Below, piece by piece: positions 1 through 12,419 of a DNA stretch of 64,000 nucleotides. How positions within the stretch are numbered: the first letter of the stretch is position 1; every line of letters starts with the position of its first letter. Where the stretch lies: NCBI GenBank assembly GCA_040285825.1, contig JAUPSS010000002.1, positions 1,736,001 to 1,800,000 of the forward strand, in the 5' to 3' direction. Below the pieces are notes generated by a model. It saw only the letters and a list, made by a program, of their open reading frames with translations. It was not told where the DNA came from and did no database searches. This DNA is from Eukaryota sp. TZLM1-RC. Its lineage: Eukaryota; Protista; Metamonada: BaSk clade. The position numbers were made by a program, and so were the translations under genes.

Positions 1-830
1 CTACCTAACTGTGCCAAAGGTTCTTCATATTTTTTTATCTTCTTTTTTTCGGCGTTAGATAACGGCGAATCAGCGGAATACACTAAACCAGCAGCAGAAT
101 TTTTGCAAACATCAACTGAGACAACATCTACAACATTGGGAACACCATCAATCTCTGGAGCTACTAAATCTGCCCTTCTTTTACCAAAGGAATCATCAGT
201 TTGATCTGAAGACAGATTACGTACTAATGGCTCAATAAATGCCTCTATATTGAAACTTTTGCACATGGCATATAATTGATCACGAACTGAGTCATGAACA
301 ATTGAGCGATAAGTTATGAAATACTTACAGTTTAAAATATGGGAAAGCATAACAACACTCTTGCAGCGACAAATTAAATCATTTGGTAAAGAACAAGGCC
401 ATAGAAAACATCTCATTCTCATTGCAGTGGTCCATTGGTGATCATTAAGTAGAAGGCCAAAATGTTGGGATTTTGGGAGATTAGGCAACTTGAGCAACTG
501 TCTTCAAGATCAATCAAAAAGTTTGCAAAAACGGGATTTTTTTCTTTAGCCAAGCTAAGACGTACAATATAATCCAAGTTTTCTAAAACTTTCAAGATTT
601 TTTTCTGCAATTTTGTAAAAGTCAGTGGTAAGGAGAGCAAGCTTCTTGGAGGCAGTTCCACAATATCAGAGGGGAAACATTTAGACCAAATATTGGGTGA
701 AAGAGTTTTTATTTCCTGTTGCAAAGAAATAAGATAAGAGCTGCCACAATTTTCAATGAGATCAACTTTTTCTGGAAAGCGATTCTTAAATTCAAAAATA
801 AAATTTTTACCACCTCCAATAAAGGCAACT
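1..830 (-). mobile_element. CRE-like (RLE) non-LTR retrotransposon fragment, group II, degenerate
   Basis: ORF 419..859 and the downstream minus-strand frames give CRC..HILNC..YRSIVHDSVRD (CCHC-type finger) and RADLV..VVDVVSVD (restriction-like endonuclease). Similar to 63133-63895. Boundaries approximate. Confidence 0.75.
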
Positions 831-842
831 TTACAAAGCTTT

Positions 843-1150
843 ACTTCCACACTTAACAAAATAAACTCAGAACTAATGGGAGGAAATTCATTAAACCAAG
901 ATTTCCTCTACAAAATCTTGATCTGCTTGTTGTCTAGCTAAAACTTATCTAATTCGGTGGAAAAACCGAGGCAATTTACTATTTATGGCAATTTGAATTC
1001 GCAAGCCCCATAAAAAATATCAAATTTCTTCATTGTTTTTTCTTGAACCATTTTTTGTAAATCATTCAAAAAAGTTCCTGATAATCTTCCATTTATAGAA
1101 AATGGGAAAGGAACAAAAGCAAGTGGTCTATTTCTATAGTATTAGCTTCT
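843..1150 (-). mobile_element. 3' end of CRE-like non-LTR retrotransposon, group I
   Basis: Matches the recurrent 3' end (..AFVPFPFSINGRLS..QADQDFVEEILV* then cccattagtt) seen near 10430, 26690, 33950, 46330 and 50570. Confidence 0.75.
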
Positions 1151-3908
1151 TCTGATGGAGATTCAATCCGAAAACCAAAATAGTTGGAAATTTTTCTCAG
1201 AAACCGCTCAAAAAGCCCAAAATCAAATGTAATTTAACACACACTAAATTTCCCCGGTAAGCAGATGAAGTTTTACTGAATGTGCTGTTCGTACCTTTTC
1301 ATTGATAAATTGTTGAGCCAGAAACTTACTATCAGCATTTCTAATTATAGCATTCCATAATGATTTGGAAAATACCTGAAAAGGCTTCAAATACCAAGTT
1401 TGAAAATCAAACAAATCCTGAATTTCATTCATGTTCAGAATTGTTTGCCATGAAAAGGTCAAGAACCGCAGAGCTGAAATAGATAATTCAAAGATCATAC
1501 TTTTGTTGATTAATCCACAGAAACCGCCTAGTCCAAAAGATTCAGATGTTTCTGAAGCTACATGATTTGTAATTCCAAATTACATCTACATGGGTCAACC
1601 TTGCAAATACTTAAACTACTTAGAACTACTAGAACTACTTAGAAATACTTAGAACCTGAAATTATTACAACTTGCACAGTTCCATCATTTACTCTATACT
1701 TCTGATATAATTAATTAAAAAAATCAAGACTTGCCAAATTGAAATCAAAATGCAGTGAAAAGCAATTATTAATGGATAAGATTAACCAAACTCGAACAGC
1801 CAATGGAAATGTTAAAAAAGGATGACTTCAATGTAGAATCGACTGTGCAACAATTGGTGCAAGAATCCTGGGTGACTGAAGCAATTTCTTCGTCACTTCT
1901 TAATCTAATCAAAAATTATTGTACCAAAAGATTACCTAAAGTTTTACGTACAAAAAGTGTCAATGAAAAACTTCATCAATCACCAGTAACCTTGATGTGA
2001 TTCCATTTGTCTGAGTTACTTGGTGAGAAAAATTTCCTTGAATTCTAGTGGTGAATCACTTAAATTTCCATTAATAGTGTAATGTTAATAGTATAATCTT
2101 CATTATGGACCTATGAAGTTTGGCCAAATGCTGATTCAAAAATACCCATATGAAGACGTTTGGATACAATTTCATATTTGGAAATGTTAACTAAATTGAA
2201 AAGTATGTCCAGTAACTATAACATGACCAACAAACTATCAGGTAAAATGTCAAAAACTAGTAAAATTACTCAATTGCTACGAGAGTCATCTTTACGAAAA
2301 CTTGGAATTTATTCAACCAAAAACATTATCGAAAAGAAAGGTTCTCTAAACAGAAGGGACGACAAAAAGTGACTTGAAGGGAATCCGTAAAATTAACCAA
2401 AAGTTTTACAAACCTGGTGATTACATTATAATGAATGGTGATTAGAGTAAAGAATCTAAAAGGAAAGGAAAGGGTTTATTAGAAGGTACAAGTCCAAGAA
2501 AAGTCTAGTGATGAGTATAAATCAATTGTATTTTGTCTATTAATTAGTTAGTTGTATTTTGTCTATTAATTTTCAAGGTACCTAATAAGTAAGTGTGCCA
2601 AAAAGGGTGAAATTGGAGAAAACGATTTATTGAACTATGATGAACCAAACTTTACGAAAAAATAAACTCAATTAAACGAGAGATTCATGTCGGACAGAAG
2701 AATTGAAAGTAAAATATACAATCAAATGAATGAAAAGAAGCAACAAAGAAGCCAAAAGTAAAGGCCATATTGGAAGAAGCAATGAAATCAAGACAAGAGC
2801 TAGTCATAGATATGAGTATGAATGAACAAGGACGTCTCGTGACTACAGATTGAGTAGAAGAATTAGAAAGTATAATCAACAAGAGGAGAAGAATACTAAT
2901 TCTGCTGTGTCAGCTGAAGACATTCCGGCTGGAAGAGAGAGAGGTGTTCAAGAGACAACAGTCTCAAACCATTGTTATTGAAGCCACTGATGCAAGCCTG
3001 CAAGATGTTGGAAAAATACTATTTGACAACTTTTATTGAGAATGTTTTTCTAGAGCTAATAACGTGTGTGATCACGTGACCTTTATGATCACTTTCAATG
3101 AGAGTGTTCACTTAAAGATCATGTAAATGTTATCCTGAACAAGAAGTAAGAGATATTACTAGTTCTTTCAGTGAAGAATATCTGCAGAGACCTTATAAAC
3201 TATCTTCAAGGAATGGGGAATTGAGTTGCAAAGTAAATGATGTAAGAAGATACCATTGATATCCTTTACTAATGTTTTACTTCTTCTCAATCTACTACAA
3301 TTACCAGTTATTTCAACTCCTGACTATGGAACAAGAAAAACGTAAACCAAGATCATGCGACCAATTGCGCTCAGACTTGTCCTATGATAGACCAGAACCA
3401 GCTCACAAGGAGAAAAAGAAGAGTAAAAAGGACAAAAAATCGGGCATAAAATGCGAGAAGGTCTGTCATAATATAGAACTAGGCTGCTGGTCCGAAGATG
3501 TTGCTATGGGGGAGCCCAGTATTGAAGAACGAATTGTAATGGAACAAGTGGCGAGAGAGAAAGTTGTGAGACAACCTATGGAGCGCATTACATATTGCAA
3601 AGAAGCTGTTTCTGAAGATGAAATGGAACAAAGGAGAGAATCTACTCCATTTGAACCATCACAATAACCATCAATGTAAATACATCAATGTAATGGTTTG
3701 ATAGTTCATAAGCAGTGTTACGCCATAATAAAAAAGTTTCAGAGCCACACACATAAACGCTTGGCACGCATGGACGTAAAACTGTTCATAAGCAACATTA
3801 AAGAACAGTTTGACAGATTTTGACATCTTGAGTTTTCAAAAGCTCAAGCTGTGTTTCTTTTGAAGCTTCACTGTATCTCTAATACAAGTCACTATTGACA
3901 CCAAAAGA

Positions 3909-5390
3909 ATGTCAGAGTGTTATATTTACATCTATCGTTGTACCATATTCCTTTCTGATGATCAGTCTGTACCATCTTGTCCACTTTACCAATGGTTTCC
4001 CAATGGTTCAATACAAAAAAACATGCTGCAAAAAATCTCCTCTGTGTGTTCACATATGACCTCCTTGGTTCAGGACAAGTATGTTATTGAGCCCATTGAA
4101 GACACTTCTCTTCCATCACTCTCTCCTTCCATCACCGCATTTACCAACACCTGGATCAGTGAGAATAACCTTGTCGAGTTTTCATTCAATTTAAACCGCA
4201 TCTTCTTCCTTCCACTAGACTCATTGCGGTCTCTGTACCTTTGTATTTCCACTCCTACCTCGTATTCCCGCTTCTCTGTTCTCCACATACTTCCATCTCT
4301 CCTGAATTCATGCTGCTTCTTTCTCACTCCATCCACATTGCCTCCACCACCTGAAATACCCCCTAGCAAGGATCTTTTTGCCTCTACGTCAGCAGAAAGG
4401 TTACAAAACAACTACAATGATGAACTGTCCACGGTAATTGCTGCGCGATTTCATCATACTTTTGCTTATTCCCAATCAGTGGCGTCAGCGCTCGCAGGGA
4501 AAGCCTGGCTAACAGTCCCTTATTACAAGTATTCCAATCAGAATTCAGTTGACCAATCAATTGATTATAATGCATTTGTTGGTGCTTCTAAGTTGACCAG
4601 ACTCTCCGCGACTTTAATGGCGAAGTTTGCTTCATCCCTGTCTCAATGTAACCATTCTTGTGTCGGATGTACGTTGTTTTCGGGAAGCCGACTAGTGTCA
4701 ACTACCATGGAGTCTTCGATTGCTAATTTAAGTGGATTAGCTATAAATTCATTGGAATTTAATTCTTTTTCTTTTGTTTGTAATCTCACTTGTAATAACA
4801 AAAGTTTTGCAGTCCATAAAGTAATTCGCCAAGTCCAGCTAAATTCAATGCTTGTCGACAAATTGGCTTTATCTGGTCTCTATCCAGATTCGTCTTTTGT
4901 TATTAATAATTTACCACCTTTGAGTGATGATTTAAGTTGTCCTAGGCTTGGGCTACTAATTGGTTTATTAGTAATTGAAGAAGATACGCTAAATTCCTGT
5001 TCATTGTCAGTGATGGTCTCTCCTAATTTCCATAGCAATGCTAATAAAACATTAAAGATCTTAAGATCATTGATTGGTCCTGAGTTTTGTCTTTTTTGCG
5101 AACCATTTACTGTTGATCGGTCAATCAAGAATGATGAGTCATGTTTTGCTGTTTATGATGACGTCATCCAGTCAAGTATTTCTAACCCTTCCTGCTCTTC
5201 ATGGGGGTTGATACAGGATAGTCTAAATAGTCGAATTGATGGAAACTTTTCAAGAGTCACAATTTCGAGAAGAATTTTAAATCAAACCAGTGTTTGTTCA
5301 CAACCAGTTGATGGACTCTCTTCTACTTCTATTATTGATTTAGAAGATTCTAGTCTTGAGGCGTTGAACAATCTGGTTGGATCTAATTAG
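3909..5390 (+). CDS. Hypothetical 493-aa protein, possibly CCZ1/HPS4-like longin-domain protein
   Basis: Long intact ORF. The N-terminal YIY..YQWFP..KISSVC segment and GCTLFSGSRLVSTT resemble HPS4/CCZ1 longin motifs, but only weakly. Confidence 0.45.
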   Translation: MSECYIYIYRCTIFLSDDQSVPSCPLYQWFPNGSIQKNMLQKISSVCSHMTSLVQDKYVIEPIEDTSLPSLSPSITAFTNTWISENNLVEFSFNLNRIFFLPLDSLRSLYLCISTPTSYSRFSVLHILPSLLNSCCFFLTPSTLPPPPEIPPSKDLFASTSAERLQNNYNDELSTVIAARFHHTFAYSQSVASALAGKAWLTVPYYKYSNQNSVDQSIDYNAFVGASKLTRLSATLMAKFASSLSQCNHSCVGCTLFSGSRLVSTTMESSIANLSGLAINSLEFNSFSFVCNLTCNNKSFAVHKVIRQVQLNSMLVDKLALSGLYPDSSFVINNLPPLSDDLSCPRLGLLIGLLVIEEDTLNSCSLSVMVSPNFHSNANKTLKILRSLIGPEFCLFCEPFTVDRSIKNDESCFAVYDDVIQSSISNPSCSSWGLIQDSLNSRIDGNFSRVTISRRILNQTSVCSQPVDGLSSTSIIDLEDSSLEALNNLVGSN

Positions 5391-5892
5391 GCTTTTATTA
5401 ATTGTGTAAATAAATACTTTTCAAATCAATGCGTGCATTTTCCCTTGCTTAAAATCACCTTATCTTAAGCATTATCATCACCATATACCACTCAAAGTTA
5501 TTGTGTGTAATGTCTGATTGAAATCGATGTTAAAGTGGTACAACTGTTTGGATGTTTATGTAAACCATTGAGTTTTTGTCAATGATTATGATGGTATTGT
5601 ACCTCTGTTGTTTTACTAGGTCAAAGTCAGCTAGATTAAGTGTTGTCCAGGTACCACGATGTTTGGCTTCACAGGCAATGTGAACCAATATGGGATTTGT
5701 TCATCAAATAAATATGGAACATACTGATGTTGTCGGTATAGAACCAAAGTCAAGCTGTGGAAATCTACAACTACTTCATTGATGTAGGCTCCTGCAACAA
5801 TCCATGATGCCAGACATTCAGAGTGCTGAAGAACTTGCTACTGCACGTAAACCGTAAAACAAATGTGGTACACTTATTGAGATAGAAGTAAT

Positions 5893-6143
5893 GTCCTTAC
5901 CTAGGTTTTGCTTCATTTCACAGAGACATAGTCTCTCGGAAAGCGTAGGAATTAGGTATGGTCAAAGCACGGAGCAAGCTCAACATGCTGGTTTGCTATA
6001 CGATTCTGCACTTAACGATCTGCGTAAACACAATATGACGCCGTTGCTAGTGCAAGTAATCAGGAAAATGAACTTTATTAAAAGATTTGTTTTGAATGTC
6101 CGACTGTTTCAAACAACTTGCCGCAGCAGATGTAGATGATGTT
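5893..6143 (+). repeat. ~250 bp dispersed duplication, copy 1 (upstream region plus first ~16 codons of PSMD5-like gene)
   Basis: Near-identical to 19631..19881. Confidence 0.9.
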
Positions 6144-7289
6144 CCTCAGGTAACCGAAGCATGTGTTACCTTTCTCTTATCTAACAAACACCTGCTTTCT
6201 TCTGATAATCCATCTAAACTCACGGAAGAATTACTTCAATCATCAAATTCTGCTATTGTTTTACGAGGTCTTGATGTTCTATTTACTGTGTTGAGAAGAT
6301 TGGCTAAAGATCATCTGGACCTCGTTAATTCAGTTTCTTCCAATTTCAACTTGCTTTCTTATATCGAGAATCTATTAAACACGGGTGATGTATTGTCCAA
6401 GCTGGCATTATTGGAAACTTTTGCTTCTTTTCTTGATGATCGTAACATCGCATTGTCCATTATTCACACACCTTCTATAACTGCAGTCATTGGCAAAATC
6501 AAGGAAATCGGTAATGAGTGCACTAAATCCACCGATTATGAAGCTAGTTTTATGTTAAATGCAGTGATTAGCTTCTCCTCTCATTTAGTTCATTTTCCTA
6601 CATCAATCATCTCCCAATTCATCCCTCTGCTTCGTGTTGGTCTACGATTGGATGCTGATTGTTTAGTTGTGACCATTGGTGCTGTGGGAAAATTATTGAC
6701 CCATCCCGATTCAAGGCACCTTCTTCTCAACGACAAACCTGCATCATCTTCTCTCCCCGTCCATGTTGCCATTCATGCACTCCCTCCCTCGAATAAATCA
6801 GTTTCTAGTCCAACCTCAATTGCAGCTAAACACGCAATGGGAGCTGCCTTGATTGCTGAATCTCGACAACCCTCCACAACTTCCTCGCTGGTTGCTTTTG
6901 AACATGCTGCCAGACGTATTTCCTCACCTTACCCAAATGCTATTTACGATCAGTGCAAAAGGTCCTCTGGTGATGTTGATTGTATGCAAGCTGCGCTTAA
7001 CTTGACTAGAGGTGCTTGTAGTCTGGGGAGAGGGCTACAGGGAATGTCTAGAGTAGGAGGTTTTCTAGAATGGATCACTAGTGATGATAGGTTTCTCTCT
7101 ACCCAGGTAGCGCATGAACGGTTTGCTGTCTTGGAAGCAATCAATAATACAGAAACTTTGTTGAGAGAAAAAGGACAAGGATTACTTTCTGATTCTTCCA
7201 TTGTAGAGATTAAGACTAAACTAAGGCTTGGTCCTTTTGGTGGAGCTGCTGAGTATGCTGTAGCTGTCGGTGAGGAGGTTGCGGGATAA
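6096..7289 (+). CDS. PSMD5: 26S proteasome assembly chaperone PSMD5/S5b (Hsm3)-like HEAT/ARM protein
   Basis: 397-aa helical protein. C-terminal GFLEWIT...ERFAVLEAI...LRLGPF...VAVGEE resembles the PSMD5 C-terminus. Confidence 0.6.
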   Translation: MSDCFKQLAAADVDDVPQVTEACVTFLLSNKHLLSSDNPSKLTEELLQSSNSAIVLRGLDVLFTVLRRLAKDHLDLVNSVSSNFNLLSYIENLLNTGDVLSKLALLETFASFLDDRNIALSIIHTPSITAVIGKIKEIGNECTKSTDYEASFMLNAVISFSSHLVHFPTSIISQFIPLLRVGLRLDADCLVVTIGAVGKLLTHPDSRHLLLNDKPASSSLPVHVAIHALPPSNKSVSSPTSIAAKHAMGAALIAESRQPSTTSSLVAFEHAARRISSPYPNAIYDQCKRSSGDVDCMQAALNLTRGACSLGRGLQGMSRVGGFLEWITSDDRFLSTQVAHERFAVLEAINNTETLLREKGQGLLSDSSIVEIKTKLRLGPFGGAAEYAVAVGEEVAG

Positions 7290-8025
7290 AGGATTTGTCA
7301 ACAGTTTTATTTAGCAGACTTTTAAAAGCATTAAGTTTTACATTTCTGTTGGTCTATTGCATTAATTATCATATGATAATTATATAATTATGTAGACCCC
7401 ATTTATAACTAAAAGCTTCAATTGTACAATTATAGCTTCGTGCCCAATAGTGATAATTATTGAAAATTGCGGATTGCATGTCTAAATACTCATTTTCTTA
7501 ACCCTTAAATGACCACTTCGTCTTCAACCTCTCTTGCATACCTTAATGGAAGCACGTGGTGCCGAAGCTGGATGAACTGTTAAAGGTGGCGCCCTGAGAG
7601 ACCTTATGTGGACCATGGCTCTCATTAAAAACAACATCGAATGAACCAAACACATTTTTTATCGTGCCAGTCTTACTTTAATTTTGAAAATGGAGTTATA
7701 GATTGTATAATTATATATTTACAAAACCAGATTTCTATACTTCACAGCCATTCAATAAGCAAATTTAGTCTGTTAAAATATCATAAATTATCATAAATTG
7801 AACAATAAAATTGAGCTAAATTCAATTGATTTGTATTCATAAATCCTCACTACTCAGATCAATCTATCATTCCAATGATCGACCTAAAATATTGTCGCGT
7901 ACACAAGACCTTTTGTTTAAATTAAAGAAAAAGTGGATGAATTTTCAAGATTTTGGCAGTCTTCGACCCTCTATGATATCTGTTGCGAACCTGGATTGTA
8001 CTCTTGTTTCACGATCTTGGCCCTA

Positions 8026-8709
8026 ATGTACGTTCTCAAAAGCTCCGCATTACCTGTTCTTGGTGGGCTACTATCTTTTTCTGGAATTTCTGCTGCCTTG
8101 GCTATATCATATTTCAATAATGATCTTGTGTGGGAAACCTCTTCTTATGTCTATATTTCAGAGTTTGCTGGTCGATTTCCCGCTGATGTACCATTTATCT
8201 GGACAATCAATCTAGCAGCTGCACTGTTCTTTGTCTCTCTTCATTTTCTCTGCACGAAAATCAGGACCAAGGGAGGACGTCAGTGTAGTAGATTTTTACG
8301 GTTCATGAGCTTTTTATCGGCACTAGTGCTCTCCCTAGTAAGTATTGTTTCAACCTATGATTCAGACAAAATGCACTCTATCCTAACATTGACCTTTTTT
8401 GCCTGTGTATTTTTCGCCTCCCTATTCATGGTTCAAGGTAGCTGGATCATTAGAAATTCAAACCCAAAGCATTACAAGTTGTCTATTTGTCTTTTTAAGT
8501 CTGGATTGCTTGTTTTATTGTCTTTAACTTTATTGTCGTTGCTTTATTTCACTTGGTATGTAGGTACTGCTTTGGAGGTTTATTTAATGTATTCAGTTTT
8601 TTCTGAGTATGTTGCAGTAGTTATTCTAATTCTTTTATTTACTATGATGGGATATGATTTACACAATGATGTGATTCATTTTTATAACGAGTTACCCGCA
8701 ACTTTCTAG
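8026..8709 (+). CDS. Frag1/DRAM/Sfk1-family multi-pass membrane protein
   Basis: About 6 TM helices, YISE motif, conserved His before TM4, SEY near the C-terminus. First in-frame ATG is 8026 (track ORF opens at 7933 on GTG). Confidence 0.65.
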   Translation: MYVLKSSALPVLGGLLSFSGISAALAISYFNNDLVWETSSYVYISEFAGRFPADVPFIWTINLAAALFFVSLHFLCTKIRTKGGRQCSRFLRFMSFLSALVLSLVSIVSTYDSDKMHSILTLTFFACVFFASLFMVQGSWIIRNSNPKHYKLSICLFKSGLLVLLSLTLLSLLYFTWYVGTALEVYLMYSVFSEYVAVVILILLFTMMGYDLHNDVIHFYNELPATF

Positions 8710-9889
8710 ATTTGTTCTTATTTAAACTTTTTTATTGAGTTTTATGTACCACAACGCATTCATCACACCAATATCTTGGTCTACTGTCTCAATATGTTTC
8801 AGAAACTTGCATTTTATTATTCAACAGTTGCTCAAATCAAGACTCCATAAGACACTTTCTTACTATTATTTCAGTTAATGTTTCTATGAGGTTATGCCAA
8901 TTTACTGAGCTTAATTTTGACAAAACTCTGAAATCAACAAAAGGATCTGAGTTGTTCCAATCAAATTCAAATCATTGTGGACTGCAAAATGATCAATTTG
9001 ATGTTGTCACCTAATTTCATTTCACCTGTTCAGTTTAAGTCAAGTATTTTGTCAATTAAATCACAAGCTGCTTTTATAGTTGTGTTGACAATGAAGACAA
9101 TCCTTGGATTCAACGAAATCGTCGGCTATACAAAAGTCGTTCAGAATGAGACGAGCTGATGTATTGAGACCCTAGCAACGTGCTTCTATCTATTTATCTT
9201 GACTTCCCACATATGGTGAAACCTTCTGCAAATGAGATGACTTGTTGAGGAGATTTCTATGCAAATGAATGTGAAAACTTTCATTCAAATTGTCTAGACT
9301 TGGATCACAACCAGTTGAGTCCTTCAATCACTAGTATATTTGTGGTTGATACTTATAGTATTTTCTCAACTTATTATAAACAATATCAATTGAAATGTTT
9401 TTAAGAATTTTCCATGATCTTCAATATATGGTAATGTAGCAGAAGGCAGTAGCATTTGACATCATCTCTCTCAATTTTTTTATGCAAAAGTAGAACTGCA
9501 GTTACAGTTTATTGTTTGAAGAATACTGAAATTATTACAATTATTGAACAGTGACTAATAAAATGCAATGTATGAGACAAAAGCCTTATAATGATTATGA
9601 TTGGAGTCTTCAAAATGTCATCATCAAACAAAAAACGATTGACGTGATTGACACAGCAGAAATTAGTGTCTGGGAATTTCCACTAATGGATTGAAATATA
9701 TTTGTGGGTATTTACACCTGTTTGAATTTGTTAGAATTGTAACACAATTATTTTGTGATGCTTTTCTTATGACCTCATCCCCAACTGGCCGGAAAAATTG
9801 TATGATTTTTGATCTTTTATCACAAAGAAGATATAAATTTGGAAAATATTCGATATGTACCCACTTGGTTATGTACGTCCTGGCATGGT

Positions 9890-10417
9890 CAAAAAATCCC
9901 GCTTTTGCAAATTGTTTACTGGATGTTTGCGATAGTTCTGCTTCTTGTTTAATTAATCAAGTACCAAGAATTTATGGTTTGATTCTAGATGACCCTTGCT
10001 TTTTATTTTCTTGCGTCTTCGATCTTTTATTTGACTTGAATGTGGAAAGACAGTCACTCCAACCCATTTATTTAACTGTATTCGTTTTATTACCTTTAGA
10101 TCAAAATTGCATGATGCAGTCCGTGATCAGCTTTTTTGTGTGTTTAAGTCGTACAAGATCGAATCCTTTTTAAAACCTTTGCTTTTAAATTTGGTTGATG
10201 AAGCTGTCACAAATTCTTTTGGTGATAGTTGCGGTGATGTGTTAGTTTCCGGTCTTGATGCAGCAATGATCATTATTGACGTCAGATCTACCGATGTATC
10301 AAACAGCTCAATTGAAAAATTGGCACCATCTCATAATTCACCTTTACGTAGAGCTAAGAAAGCGAAAATTATCAAACATGCTGAAAAAATCAATAATGTG
10401 AATTGCAACTCACATAC
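9890..10417 (+). mobile_element. CRE-like non-LTR retrotransposon fragment, group II
   Basis: KNPAFAN..., HDAVRDQL and GDVLV..IIDVRSTDV RLE motifs, frameshifted. Confidence 0.8.
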
Positions 10418-11815
10418 ATTTTTTATTTATTGAATTTGCACACTTAATTAAAATAACTCATAACTAATGGGACGACTATCATTGAACCAAGATTTCCTCT
10501 ACAAAATCTTGATCTGCTTGCTGTCTAGCTAAGGCTTCTCTTATCCGATTGAAAAACCGTGGTAATCTATTAATAATGGCAAATTGAATCCGTGAACGCC
10601 ATAAAATAAATCTTATATATATAAAATAAATAAATCAATCTTATAAATCTTATATAAATCTTTTCATTGTTTTTTCTTGCACCATTTTTTGGAAGACATT
10701 CAAAAAAGTTTCTGCTTCAACTGATAATCTTCCATTTATCGAAAATGGGAAAGCAATAAAAACCATTTGTGTATTTCTATCGACATTAGCCTCTTCAATC
10801 TCTTTATCATATTTTCTATGTTTCTCTTATGCTTTAAAATCCAGAGCAGCCACAGGATTAAGTTTTCTTCTGTGAACCAAAGTATCATTTGCAACATTAC
10901 ATGAGACAAAGTCAACAATAGCTTCAGAATTATCAATCCAATCACAGTATACATCACCTCTATCATCAGAACCAAACTTATTCAGAGAAAGTGTTTCCTT
11001 CAGCAGGGGCCTTTTGATGCACGATATCCTTGCAGTTTGTGCCATATTGAAAACAGTGTCTCTAACAGCATCATATAATGAAGAACGATAAGTTATCAAT
11101 TTAGAGCAATTCAGAGCATGGCGCAAAGTGAGTTGAGGGGAATTCGAACAAATACATTTTTCCTTTGATAATAATTGATTATTGGGAATATTCAAATATA
11201 ATCTCATTTTTGTTACAAATGCTTCATTAGTGGCACACAATCCAAATCTTCGTGGTACAATGGTTACAAAAAGTGAAGAATCTGACGACTTGTTTTCACA
11301 AACACCCTTTTCCAATAACAATGAGTGAAGATCTTGATTTAAAACAGCTGAGCTGCATATATTATTATAAAGATCTTTTTCATACATTCCAGTCAATCGT
11401 TTCTGTAATGTTCGAAGAGTGTACTTCAAATATAAAACATTTTTTTCCGGAATATTGGCATTGAATGATTGGGGAAAGCATCGACCCCATTTTTCTACAT
11501 CAATTTTGGAAATTTCTTCATTTAATGCAAAAACAGTGGAACTTTGCGTTGTCATCAATAAATCTTCCCAATCTGCAAATCGTTCGGAAAACTCAAAGAT
11601 CGCATTACTGCATCCACCAACAAAAGCACACGAGGTATGAATAGAAGCCTTCGTCCACCCTAAACCGCCATAATGTGGACTAAGGTAAGCATGATCTGGA
11701 ATTTGGAACATTTTACATCCCAGTAATTGAGACAGAACTTTTGCACGTAATTCATTAAACTTCTGAGCCAAAGGTCTAGTGACGAGAGGATTTGTAGATC
11801 GAAATATATGATTAA
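10418..11815 (-). mobile_element. 5'-truncated CRE-like non-LTR retrotransposon, group I, with A-rich tail
   Basis: ORF 10827..11831 has GGLG, CIC..HALNC, RGDVY..IVDFVS (RLE). The 3' end is followed by an A-rich tail at about 10418-10432. Confidence 0.85.
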
Positions 11816-11819
11816 ATGA

Positions 11820-12372
11820 CTTTACTTTCAAATTTGGTTGATGAAGCTGTCACAAATTCTTCTGGTGATAGCCGCGGTGATGTGTTAGTTTCCGGTCTTG
11901 ATGGAGCAATGATCATTATTGACGTCAGATCTACCGATGTATCAAACAGCTCAATTGAAAAATTGGCACCATCTTATAATTCACCTTTACGTTGGGCTAA
12001 GAAAGCAAAAATTATCAAATATGATGAAAAAATCAATAATGTGAATTCCAACTCACATACTCAATACCTTCTTTGTCCTTTTGCTTTTTCTTTATTTGGA
12101 ACCTTAGGTAAAACTGCGTTATCTTTTATAGACGATTTTTCATCTTTTGTCAAAAACAGAACGAGAAGAATATTTGACCGAACTTTTTGGCAAAATAGAA
12201 TGGTATTTTCTATTTTTAAAAGAATGCATAGCCTAGTTTCTAGCTAGTTGTTATCACTAGGAAGATTTTATGGGGAAAATGCTGTAGGTAATTTTTTAAT
12301 GGTAGATGTGGCGTTTGAGGAAATTGATTTTTATTTTTTAACAATTTCTTTTGAATAAAATAAGTAAAAAAA
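11820..12372 (+). mobile_element. 3' end of CRE-like retrotransposon, group II
   Basis: RGDVLV..DVRSTDV..CPFAFSLFGTLG, ending in an A-rich tail at 12354-12372. Confidence 0.8.
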
Positions 12373-12419
12373 GATTTTGACATGCTTTAAGCATTTTCTT
12401 TCCTAAAAATAGTAAACTG

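Noticed and set aside
1200-3700. Short ORFs suggesting a decayed DNA transposon
   Set aside because: No diagnostic motif could be identified.
9664-9690. Possible extra Fanzor-A end (gtgtctgggaatttccac)
   Set aside because: Short imperfect match with no upstream hairpin or coding homology.
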